This document shows positions 26,301-38,507 of a stretch of DNA of 64,000 nucleotides, piece by piece. Position 1 is the first letter of the stretch; every line of letters begins with the position of its first letter. This DNA comes from Bispira polyomma (taxonomy: Eukaryota), in contig OZ287751.1 of the NCBI GenBank assembly GCA_965649765.1, forward strand, positions 39,308,001-39,372,000. The letters are read 5' to 3'. Below the pieces are notes generated by a model that made no database searches, had not been told where the DNA came from, and saw nothing but the letters and a program-made list of their open reading frames with translations. A program made the position numbers and the translations under genes.

Positions 26301-27814
26301 AAAATATTTATTAAGAATATTTACTGTGTAAAAAAGGGATGAAAATAGAAATGACAAAATAAATGCCCCTACTCCAACTTTAACATAAATTTTAATTTAA
26401 GGTAAAACTTAATTACATCCATTTTTTAAAACCTGTCTGTCTGGTTGGCACAGCTGGCTGAATGTAGCTATGAGATCATAACTACGCTTTATATTAAGGT
26501 AGGCTGGTAATTTGAGGGGGAATTCCCAAAGAAGGTGGCTGAGTATTTTGAGGACATTGATGACTCAATGATATTTACATATTATAGATTGTGGCTGGCT
26601 AGAGTTTGTAGGAGGGGGGGGGGGGGGTGTCCTTGTATAAGTAAGTTAGCATTAAGTTATTATATAAGCAGGGTGCTTTTGGTGGTAACTGGCAAAAATG
26701 TTTGGAGAGAGTGAAAAATTAGACTTTACTTTGTAGATTACCTTGGATTGAAGGACATACATAGGCCACACAGTTATATAACAGCTATGATTTGTAGTTA
26801 TGCGGGAATGCATATACCTGTATATATATATATGTGTGTGTGTCATGTAATATAAGATGCACAATACTTCTGTAATCTGGAAAAAAAGCTCTACCAGTGA
26901 CGTGCCAGAGAAGTGCAGTAAAAAGTGCAGTCAAAAATGAGATGGATAATTATCAGTCAATTTCCAAGAAACCACAACAGGAATGCTAATTATAAATAAT
27001 AACCCTTACTGCACAACCTACAGAACTGGAAAAAAACTGCCGCCAAAATGGACAAATATCGTCTGCTACAACCTATTATCGCCCAGAGGAGCTTATTTTT
27101 ACTCATAATCCTAATTTTGACCATGTCCAATTGACTCTAACTCATTTTACTGCACAAGACAATGGCTTTTTTCTCTTTCTGTGATCTGCACTGAAAAAAA
27201 AAAAGAAAAAAATGAGGAGGGGAGAAAAACAAGGTGGAACCACCCGACTGGGCGTTGGCTGCTGTGACAGCCTCTTTAGTTGTTGTTACATGGACACAGT
27301 CATTCATCCAGTGGTCTCCATTGATAGAGTAGCAAGATCAACAGAGGGAGCCAGATAGTGGGTGTTGTACAGTTTAAAACACTACACAGACTAAAAGAGA
27401 TTGCTGAGAGCGGAGAGGTGAAAGAGGCTGGAGGATTCTGTTACCAAATACAGATCTTTTTCCCAAAAAAACCCCCAAAAAACTACTTTTACATTTGTGT
27501 AAGCCTGATATATGGACTGCCTTTAAGGTGTGTAAAACTATCATAATGGAAAGGTGAGCAAAATTTTGTTATTTTGATTTTTTTTTGTGTGTCACTAAGA
27601 GGTTCTTATAGTTAAAACCCCACTTCAGGCTATGATGGGCTAGTTTTCTTGTTTTACAGTAAATAGGTTAGAATGTGCTAGTAATTTGTAGATCGACTGA
27701 TAGACATGGTTTAATAGTCCCTTGCTTTCCCATCAACATTAAATCCCCCTTACCTTAGAATACTATATCAAAACTTTAAGGACTTTTTTTGTGACACACT
27801 GGATGTTTACCAGT

Positions 27815-28377
27815 GTGCATGTCTAGACTAATGCAATTCCCTTTTGATTGGAGCTAAAAAGTCTCACATAAACAAGTTGCAGTCTATTTAAAACTATTTG
27901 TGTCTGGTCATTTTTCGACTTGAGATCCATTCTGATGTAACTCTATAACTAAAAAAAACTACACTGGCTTCCCATTCATTATCGTATTTTGTTTAAAATT
28001 TATGTAACTACTTTTATAAAGCTCTTATCTCTCAACAGCCTGCCTACTTTGCTGCCCGCCTTGCCGGCAGTCCCCTTAAAAGGAGAAAAATACTTTCTGT
28101 TTCCTCTGTAAAACCTACCAAGTGGGCTGGATCTAGAGCTTCCTGTATTGCTGCCCTATGTTGTGGAATAGTTTCTTTGTTGAATTTAGATCACTTGAAA
28201 CACTTTCTGGTTTTAGGAAAAAGCTTAAAACCCACCTTTTCAAACTCACCTACCCCGCTTAGTCCCCTCCTAGTTAACCACACTCTTTCTTACAACCGTG
28301 CTATGCTTTTGGACTTCCCTAATAATTAACCAATTCTGTTGTGCTTTAGAAGATGCCTCGCTTCAATACAATACAAT
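27815..28377 (+). mobile_element. Degenerate 3' fragment of an L2 LINE
   Basis: LD*CNSLL, KLQSI*NYLC, KKLHWLPIHYRILFKIYVTTF and GFRKKLKTHLFKLTYPA*. The 3' end gctttagaagatgcct is followed by (AATAC)n. Confidence 0.88.
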
Positions 28378-30190
28378 GTTAAGGTAGGTTGCAAGTTTTA
28401 AGGGGTTTACTGCATTCTGTCTCTTTACTGGGCTTAGTGATGAAAGCTCCCTGTAATCTATTTCAAAGATTGTCATCCTCATATCTCAGTGGTTGCTTTT
28501 GTCTTTTTGGATGCACTCTTTGGCATGGGTGTAAAGCAAAAAGACACGTCAACATTTCTGCTTATCTTTGCTACAATTATTAAGTGAAATAACTTAAAGT
28601 ATTAAGTGAATTAAATATATATCACATGTAGTAAAAAAAAATATAAATGATTCCATGAGACTCTACTAAAATGCATTTCTCTTTTTCATGCACAAAGAAC
28701 AGCAAATGAATTTTGTCGGGTTTTAGGGTAATACTTGTTTTGATAAAAATATGGACAATAGCTTCAAAAATTGGTTGTGTCATTTCACTAATGCAGTGGT
28801 TTTTTTTTGTTGTTAGGTTTGTTTTTAATCTTGTCACAAAAAAGCTGTATTTTATGTTAACATGAAACATTAGACATTATGTAAGAAAATGAACTTCTTG
28901 GCAAAAAGGGACCTCTCTTGTCACTTTAACAATATGTTTTCTTCAATTGGTGACAAGAGGTATAGTGACACGGATATACTTTAGTGCTTTAACAGTGTGA
29001 TTAGGTGGTTTGGAACAGCTAAATTAAACTGCACTCATGAGGCCATGCTGATGCAAATAGTGTAGGCTACACAGAGTTAGAGAGAAAGAGAGATAATTTA
29101 TTTATTTAACCACTACATACACCAATGACAACATCACATTACAGTAATAAAAACAGTTTAACAATGTTATGTAACCATTTCACACAGTAAATGAAACCTA
29201 AAATTTAAGCTTGACTTAGCAATGCAGCCAGCCCATTTGACCGGGGCAGTTTGCAGGTACCAATGTGACATCACTAACCCCCACCTCAAAATTTTAAGAA
29301 GGGATTTGGGGGTTTTGCCCCAACCAGTTTTGTTTAAATGTTATATTGAAACTTTCTTTCTCGTAATAATCTACTGTCTATTAATGCTGATAGCTTTAAA
29401 GTATTTGTGTAAAATTTGCTTTAACAAAGGACAATTATAATTCACATTCTATGCGCCATTTTGAAGGAGAAAACACATTTGTAAATGAAAGTAAATGGTA
29501 CAGGGAAAGTATTTCCTATGAATAAGATTAGTTTTATTTAACAAAAATGACTGGAGTCTCCTCCTGAATACTGAAATGGATGAACTGGTTCTGATATCTA
29601 AAGTAAGAGAATTGCACAATCATTAAGCTTTGTGAAAAAGAATGACGCTGATTTCTGTACCCGCTTTTGTCGAACTTTTGGAGAAATTTGATGGTCTGGA
29701 TAGCTCACGCAAGTGTTTTGGGCAAAGAGGTATGGGACGAATGATATCATTAGTGTAAGCCGGTGTACAAAATTGTGATATGTTTTGTAGGCAATGATAT
29801 AAATAAGGTTTACATATATTATAATAAATGTTTGTCAGATCAGAAGCACAAGTGTAAAATTGATAATTGTGGAGTAATTGATATCTGTGGAGCAATCATC
29901 TTTCTTCACTTATGTCATTCTGGTAACTTAGACAACAAGTCTAGGGGGCAGTATTTAACAAAGGCTTTTCAACTTAAACTCAAGTGTAAACTCAAGTACA
30001 TGTGTACCACATAAAACAAGATATTTCTTTATTCATGTGGAATATAACCCTAAGCATGTTACCAATCATTTCAACAGACATTTGAATCTACAGTCACATT
30101 TTGAGATATTTGTAGTGTAGACACAGAGATACAGCATTTCATATTATGAGATTAATGTGAGTTTTAAGTTTGAAGACCCAGGTGCTAACT

Positions 30191-31806
30191 ATTATTATTA
30201 TTATAGATTTTTAACGCGCTTTATTGATGCTAGGCATCTTCTAAAGCGCAACAGCAGAATCATTAGTCCAATCATTAAGTCCATGGAAAGTGCAAAGTCG
30301 TAAGGAAGGAAGTGGGAGCGTGCACGAGGAAAGCTAAGGTGGGTAGGCAAGATTAAAAAGATAGGTTTTAAGCTTTTTCCTAAAACCGATAAGTGTGTCA
30401 ACTGATCTGAGGTCAACTGGGAGACTGTTCCATAACCGTGGAGCTGCAGTGGAGAACGCTCTGAAACCCGCCTTTCTGATTGGTCTGACCGAAGTGACAG
30501 AGAGTGTGTTGCCTCTCTTGCGGTTACTGAAGGAAAGAAGGGAGGCAAGGTAGGGTGGCTGTTGAGTGATTACAGCCTTAAAAGTGGTAACGTGAATTTT
30601 AAACAAAATTCGAGATATAATGGGCAACCAGTGTAATTTTTTGAGATAAGGAGTGACGTCTGTGCGACAACCCAGGCGAAAAATGACCCTACATAGGTAG
30701 TTTTGGATGGACTGGAGCTTTTTAATGTTTGACTTATTTGCTTCGTACAAGAGAGAATTGCAGTAGTCGAGGCGGCTACTCACAAGGGCATTTGCCACAG
30801 TTATCGCTGTGTCCATGGACAAGTGGTTTCTGATTCTATTGATGTCGCGTATGTGGTAATAGCAGGAGCGACAGATGTTGGCAACATGAGTATCGAACGA
30901 AAAAGCTGAATCAAAAGTGACACCCAGGTTTTTAGCATTTTCGGAAGGTAGTATGTCTTTTCCCAGCAGGGAGATGGGAAACAAAGATTTTAGGAGTTCA
31001 CTGTTTTTCTTGTTTCCTATGAGGATGAATTCTGTTTTGTCAGGGTTAAGCTTTAGTTTGGAGTAGTTCATCCACGCCTGGACATCAGACAGACAGTCTG
31101 CAAGTAGGTCTATGTTAGTATCTGCATTTTGTGGATTGAGGGAGAGATAGACTTGAGTGTCGTCTGCATACATGTGGTGTTTTATATTGTGTTTATTGAT
31201 GACAGTGCTGAGAGGATGTGTATAAAGGGTGAAAAGTAGAGGACCAAGGACGGATCCCTTGGGTACTCCATATGGAAGTTTTATAGAAGATGATAGGTGA
31301 TCATCTAGTTTAATTCTTTGTGCCCTAAGAGTAAGGTAGGATCTGATCCATTTAAGGACACTGCCATTAATACCGAACCACTGCTTGAGAGTGTCACAGA
31401 GCAGGACATGATCAATAGTGTCGAATGCAGCTGAGAGATCCAGAAGGGTGAGGGCCACTGTGTCATTGCGGTTCAGTGCAAGATTGATATTGGAAAAAAT
31501 TGCTGATGGAAAAAAGGGCACTTTCTGTAGAGTGAAATTTTCTATAAGCAGACTGGTGGCGATTTTCAATGTTTTGTCTATTAAGGTGGTCAGAAATTTG
31601 TTTAGCTACAGCTTTCTCGATGACTTTTGAGATGAAGCTGAGGTTTGACACCGGTCTGTAGTTTTTGAGCTGGTTTTTATCAAGCCCTTGTTTTTTAATC
31701 AAGGGAGTTACATTTGCCATCATGAAACAGGTGGGAAAAACACCATCCCGAAGAGAAAAATTTTATATATTTGTTATGGGTGTGACAAGAATGTCAAGAC
31801 AACTGA
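30191..31806 (-). mobile_element. 5'-truncated L2/CR1-group LINE retrotransposon
   Basis: RT motifs NYRPVSNL, LDLSAAFDTIDH, GVP(K)GSVLGP, YADD, LKLNPDKTE, then SRLDYCNSLL and LHWLPI, which are typical of the L2 clade. 3' stem-loop at 30216-30249, (TAA)n tail at 30191-30204 and a putative TSD at 30179-30190/31807-31818. Confidence 0.93.
30334..31806 (-). pseudogene. Disrupted ORF2 reverse transcriptase of the L2 LINE
   Basis: RT is split between ORFs 31463-31723 and 30334-31569 by a frameshift near 31490-31500. In-frame TAA at 31763-31765. Conserved Q of GVPQG is replaced by K (31258-31260). The endonuclease domain is absent. Confidence 0.9.
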
Positions 31807-33110
31807 CTGGTGCTATCTTCCCTCTAGACTATTACTGCCACTTGTAACAGACCAAAAAGATGATTAGCACTGCATTGTAATGAAATCTCTAATGCCTTGA
31901 TTTAATCTGTCAGAAAAGCATAGAAACCCTCGGGGGGGGGGGGGGGGGGGTGAAAAGATAGTTGGTCACTCTACAGATAACTGTATTATGTCCGTGTAAA
32001 TTTGAGTAATTATTTGAGTAATTATTAAATTTCCAGTTGATAATAGAGTAAACAGTGGGTATGACTGCCTGACTATGCCCCTTTCTATGCACAGACACAC
32101 AACAACATTTGACACCGCCCCAGGGGGGGTGGGGGAGAAGGGAGGAAACTGGGTGCTGTGACATTGCCTGTCTAATTAACTTCCTTATTTTATTCATCAC
32201 GTGATGGTGCTGTGTTGAAAGCCTCTGTTTCATATATCTATCTTTAACAAAAAATAAATCACATTTATGGTAATCCTAAATATTTGTTTCTAATATTAAG
32301 CCAGTGATTGATAGTGACTTACATATTACACCTACTGGTGGCCAATATTTGTCATCACACAAAAACGATGTATGTGTGACATTTTTTTACCACAGTATAT
32401 TTACAGTTAAGTTATAGTCTTACTAAAGTCAGGGACCTTGTGTACACTCCTTGTTTTTGTACTACTTTTTTTATTGTCTCCAGGGTGTGTATATGTTATT
32501 ATCTCTTGTCCTATTCTCCAAAAATGTACTCCAATAGTTTCATCTCAAATCTGAGGCCTCTCTTATCTTAGAGAGAAGCTAAATCTGACTGGATAATTGA
32601 ATTCAGCGTCGGAAGCTCTATTAAAATGAATGGTCACAAGTAGAGGTTATATTTCCTTATTATACAGGAGTTATACACACCCATAGCCTTCACTTGAGTT
32701 GAGTTTGTGTTTAAACTTTTTGTTTAAGAATACATACCTCTTGGTCTCAGCCTTTACTACTCTACTCGCTACTACCACTAAGAAAAGAGAAGGTGTACAA
32801 TAGCTGGTACAGTATCTGGTGACAATTAGCTGGGGAAGTCTAACTACTGTAACAATAGTTGGACCAGGGCGCTAATTGAGGCGTGCTAATGACTATCAGG
32901 CTTCTATTATCGCCCAAGTTTTTCAAGCTCTAATAACTCAGGGGGTCCCTATGTCTCTTCTATGTGCACTGGTTCATATTACACACCTCCTCGCCGTTCA
33001 CCAAACCCGTCTCTTGTGTGTGTGTCCAAGCTACTACCCCCACCCCTCCTCTCAACAACCCCTCCTTAGTCCAAGTGACCATAGACCCCCTCCATAGATC
33101 ACCCCCGACA

Positions 33111-33139
33111 GCCGCCATTTGTTGACGTCACAGTGATAA
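33111..33139. promoter_or_regulatory. Candidate YY1 + full CRE + GATA cluster
   Basis: GCCGCCATTTG (33111-33121) abuts TGACGTCA (33123-33130) and TGATAA. CpGs are retained in a CpG-poor background. Confidence 0.4.
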
Positions 33140-35287
33140 TTATCTTGTTGACAATTAAAACCTGTCCAGCAGTGCAGTTTCTGTTCCCCAGGATCCCCAA
33201 CGGTCAACAACTGAATATAAACTATATACTAAAATATTTTAACTTGAAATCTAATGATCGGGTTTCCAATAAGTAAAATATATTTTATAATTTAGCTACT
33301 ACTAAAATGTATGAAAGTAGAGAAAAATAGATACACATGTATATGCAATTTGAGTTACAAAGTAATAATGTAAGAAACGAAAACCCTAGGTGTTTGAGGT
33401 CATCATAAATTCAACGTTTTGCTGATGATATCTCCCTCTTTCCCAGAGCATTGGCGGCGACGGGGATGGGGGCTTTTGCAGTAGTTATAAAAGGGGTACA
33501 TGGAGAGGCAGGTAGATCACAGTAGCAGATTAGTTCTAGGGGGTTGAAGAGACAGTGGCACTGGAGCTCTCTAGAAGGACTACTACAGCTGTGGTGGTAG
33601 CAAAGAAAAGCATAAAAAATCACACACAAGAGTAGCCATGGTGGTATAAGTGCATATATAGCATTAACTAGGGAGGACAATTCCTTTGCAAGACGTGCAC
33701 TAAAGCAGTTAGTGATGTATGTGTGGGATTGGTATGCCAAAAAAACCCAGAAGATTGTGTCATGTTTTTTTGCGGTGGTAAAATTTTGTGGACAAAAAAT
33801 GCAACTACCAGTTTCTGTGCTAGGAGAGAATTCCTTAAGAAATGTTAATTGAAAGGTGCAACAACAATAAGTGCAACAACAATAAAATCAGCCCTAGTCT
33901 TTTGTCAATGGGAAGAGGGTGTGGTGTGATAATCCAGATGTGATTTCTTGACTGTGTAATAGCAACAAACAGGAGGAGTGGGGAGATTTGACAGTAGGAT
34001 ATTGATGCTATATTGATCAGGTGTGGAGAACTCATGGAATATGGTATGTTTTTTGTTAAGAATCTATTTATATGTTATCTCCTAACCTAAGTGATACAGT
34101 GTTACATATCGTACACCAGTGACTGGTTGTTGTTTTTGTCTAGTTTATTATCAGCTGACTTAAAAAATGGGCATAACGTTGACGATTTGGCTTTAATATT
34201 GTACTTGTATTCATTCTAAATTGTACTGGTCGTGCAGTAAATTTCGAATGTAAAAACAAAGACCCACCCATATACTAGGCTGAACTAGATAGTAACCCTT
34301 TTGCTGATGATATCACCCTCTTTGATGTCAAATAAGCTAGATTAGTATTCTGGGGGGAAACTGTTTATTAATGAACCGAGTCAATTTTGGAATCATTTAA
34401 ATGTACAATAGAGATCTAAGTTTCTTTTAATAGGTCCTCTGGAAAGACATAACTGGCATTCTATGTACTTGCATGACCTTTGACTTATTCTAGTGGTAAA
34501 AATGTTAGGAGAAAGTGTATATAATTTCTAGGTACTAGTATTAAGAGTGTGCATGTTTGTCGCCCATTCACTTTCCTGGTATTTCAGCAATGTGACAACT
34601 AAATGGCTGCTCCTTTGTCCTGGTTGCTACATTGCATTAGTCAAGTCATTAAATCTACGGTTTTATTTACTACTATCATAACACACATGGGATTTACATT
34701 AGCGAAAGAAGACCAGAATGCGTAAATGTATGTGTGTTTTCATTCTAATCTTACAGTGAACTACTTACCCTCTGTACTATAACACTACATATTTTTAACA
34801 GTTGACATTGTTGCACGAATAAATTACAAATTCTTTGGCTTTCTTGCATAATGCCTGGTTTGACTTTAAGGTTTATACTTGTACTTACTTCACTTACGCG
34901 TGAATTTTCAAAGATCCCCCCCCCCCCCCCCATTCTGACGCTGTTATTCCGGTTTACTATTTTAGGCAGTTGTTTTAGTGTGCCTAGTTCTCATCTAAAT
35001 GAGTTCTAAGGCACAACAATCCAAATATATTATATACGGTTGACATGTTCATGATATGTGACTTAACATAGCAGGTATAGAGTATTACACTGGAGAATCT
35101 TTTCTATGCTACCTTGTGGTTAGCTCAACTGTAAATGTTTTGACATTGTATTCTTGTAAATACAAAACACAGAAGAATATCCAGGCGTTTAGTTGTATCT
35201 GAGTGTACACAAAGTAAATGAAATTCCCATTCCTTTTTGGAACTAACAAAATGTGTGTTTATTGTATTTGCATGGTTACACGCGTAG

Positions 35288-35289
<2 letters not shown>

Positions 35290-35348
<59 letters not shown>
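35290..35348. repeat. (TA)n microsatellite
   Basis: About 29 perfect TA units. Confidence 0.97.
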
Positions 35349-35351
<3 letters not shown>

Positions 35352-37569
35352 GAGCAGGCAAGTAAACAAGTAGTTCTCATTTTGCAATTAATAACTGTAC
35401 ACACCAGCTTATTTTAATTAAACCTTGTTGTGGTCACAGGGTATTAGCATGTTCATAGAAATGATTAGTGCAGACAAATCTCATTATGAAAACAGACGAA
35501 AACAAGAATAGTCTTTTAAAAAGGCAGATCATGTGTTCTCCCAAACTGTGCCCCAATGATTTTTTTTGTTGAGATGTTTTTCTAGAAAGTTAGTATTTGA
35601 GTAGGAATAAGGTGACTTTTCATTGACTTTTTACACCACAAGTGTTAGACATGTAGCTCTCTGCACTAGATATGTAAGTCTACGACTCCAGCTATCTATC
35701 ACACAGCTACTGGCTGTTTGACATGAATCGCCATTTGACACACAAGTCACTCTCTAGTGTCTGTCACTTTATTATGTAAGTCTATTATAGCTATTTTACT
35801 GAAATATGAGCATTTAATTAATAAGCTCCTCTGTAAAAGCTTCCTTTCAACTGACACCATCTTGATCACTTTTTAATTGAATTTAAATTTGTGAAACCTG
35901 TTCAAAAGTACATAGTAAGAGCTTTCTCGTGATACTAAAGCGAAAATTTTAAGTATTCATGTACATACAGCTATTCACTCAATTAAAATTTTTGGGGCCA
36001 TATCAAATTTATGCATGCTTCAGTAGTAACCACGATTTCATTTTCTCGGAGCAGCTCAGGACAACAAATTTGACCTACTTTTTAATTAGGCCAGCTATGA
36101 CGCGATACCAGACTGGGGAAATAGGTGTAATAGCTTTTATCAACATGAAACATTCATTAATTAATCCTTTAATTTCTCTCGTGAAATAAACTTTTGTGTG
36201 TGCATCATACAACAGACAAATATGAACCACAAATGTAAGGAAAATATAACATTAACAGAAAAAAAAACAAGATATACATTTCACATTATGAATAATGCTG
36301 CACCCCCCCCCCCCCCCATAGTTGTTCATTTTACACCCGTCAGACAAGATTTCCACGCCCAGCAAACTGTCACGTTAAAAGTCTCTGACCGAAAAAAAAA
36401 GAGAAGAAATCATAAATAAGTGGCTTAGAGGCAAATATATAATATATGTATCTATGCAATGGTTGTTCTTTGTTTTTTGTTATTTTTGTGTTCATTGTTC
36501 AGATGCCCCCATACACACCCAGGAAGGCTGAAAAGCCACGTTCCTTACAAAAGAAGGTTTTTTTAAAGGCTGGAAGGGTTAACAGGGCCCCTTTGAGGGA
36601 AGGTTTAGTCCTCCAAATGTTTATTAACTGCCATTTAAGCCCCATTTACCTTTCGTCTTTTGAAGTCTTCTATTAATGGCAAAGCTCCCATGAAAACTAG
36701 AAAGGACTCCTTGCAATAACTATCGACTTAACGTCCTGGCTTATAGAATTGAGACTTTCTCACATGGAACATATATATTTGCCATATGTAAATAAAGTAA
36801 TACTAATTAGTACCTGATTCTGGTGGTCTTGTTTATTAAACTGGAATGCAGGTGCAAGGAAATCCAGACCAGACCACTAGTAAAGGTGACATTTCTGTAG
36901 ATCAGCAGAAATGCTCTCTTCTCTCTTCACACCACCAAGTCAAACCTTAACTTAAGGTGGCTCAGTAAAGAAGAGTGCTGTGATTAGGGTCCAGGAAACG
37001 TTAGGAACTCGTCTGGAAAGAAACTCCTGTTGATCAAATCTAAGGGAATTGAATGAATGAACCATTTCCGGCGATAGTGAACTACCAGGGGAGTTTGGTG
37101 GATCCTAAAGCCACCTTAATATGGTCTTTAGTTGATATCTTTAAAACAATTACGACCATATATATAGTTACTGTGTATGTGTACAACTTACTATAAACGT
37201 ATATATTTTGTAAACAATACACATATACACTTAGCAGTTTTGACTTTTGTTTCGTGTGTTAATCTCCATTAAATTAGATGTGTAAGTCTAACCTTTATTT
37301 CGGGACAAGCAAAATATTTTTATGTTACACTCTTCATCAAACATGTATACAAGGAGAGGACTTATGCTTGCTTAAATGCACAAAGCCATTCATGATAGCA
37401 CTCTCTCCATGTGTATACCTTTAAGCATGTATATGTCTCTGTACACAGAGATTTGCAGTGGAGTTTGTGGAATGACAATATTTATCCATGGGCTTGACAT
37501 ATACCCCAGTGGTGTATAATATATATATATATATATGTCTTCAGTCTACCAAAGTAGATCTGCATGTGT

Positions 37570-37680
37570 GTACACCGGAAGTTCTCACTGATCCAGTCTG
37601 TGGGATTAAGATTGTTGTTGTGTGTCTAAAGAGCCGCCCCCAAAGAAGGAAGTATCTGAGTTTGCTATATGTAAGCAAAA
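37570..37680 (+). promoter_or_regulatory. Candidate promoter/first non-coding exon (ETS + GC box)
   Basis: ACCGGAAGT 37574-37582, GCCGCCCCC 37633-37641, AGGAAGT 37647-37653 and donor-like GTAAGC at 37671. Confidence 0.33.
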
Positions 37681-38448
37681 ACAATAAAAGAAAACTGACG
37701 TTAAACTATATATAAAAAAAATTTAGATGCATGTATGCATTTCTTTTCAAATATGAATAAGGTGGCACATTTACGACGCCAGCTACAGTGGCAGTATGGG
37801 ACTTAGTTGGGCAAACAAAAACATTCAATCTTTAACTATGGGACCAGTCTAAATTCAGTATTGGTGAAGAGGTTTTTTTTTTTTATTTTACAAGTGTTTC
37901 AAAGTAAAGAAAACTAAAATAATTGTTATCAGAAAGTTAGGTTATGGTACACGAATGGATAATACAGGATGATTTCAACGTCAACAAAAATATACACAAT
38001 AACACAGATATGAAGTGGCTACTAGTGGTAATAGTCAATGACCATTATCTACTGTAAGTGACAGGTTCTTGACAAGCCAGTGTTTTTACTATAAATGGCC
38101 GAGACATCAACATACAACCTTCTTCAGCTGGACCATAGTACTTTGTTTAGTGCAAGAAAAGGGCCAAAATTATATCACAGTAAAAACTGCACTAATAGTG
38201 GTTTATTAGTCTCAAAAGTAACATTTAATTTGTTGATGAAGTTATCTAAAAGGTGTAGGCACATAATGACCAGCACAAACAACTAGTATAAGACAATAAT
38301 TCTGTTGTTGAAGATGTATTGGAATCCCCATTAGAACCACAAAGAGGGAGTATGGTAATCTAGTTGTGTATATGAATGGAATATTGATGAAGAAGATATA
38401 TACATATATGACTATAAGGGGTTTGACAACAAATATCTTCTGGCAGGC

Positions 38449-38507
38449 ATGGATATCATGGTAGAGAATAGCTTACCGCTACCACCAACCACTCAGACGT
38501 GGAAGAG
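38449..38507 (+). CDS. Candidate first/upstream coding exon of the zinc-finger gene (MDIMVENSLPLPPTTQTWK-R)
   Basis: ATG at 38449 and strong donor AG|GTATGT at 38507/38508. The exon ends in phase 2, which the 50191 acceptor requires (AG+G = Arg, giving ...TWKRCSDVKVRLSQSEL). Possible acceptor cttctggcag|G at 38446. There is no transcript evidence. Confidence 0.45.

Noticed and set aside
30334-31569. 411-aa ORF as a functional or domesticated RT gene
   Set aside because: Its N-terminus is out-of-frame sequence created by a frameshift, the start is non-ATG, GVPQG is mutated, and it has a LINE tail and TSD.
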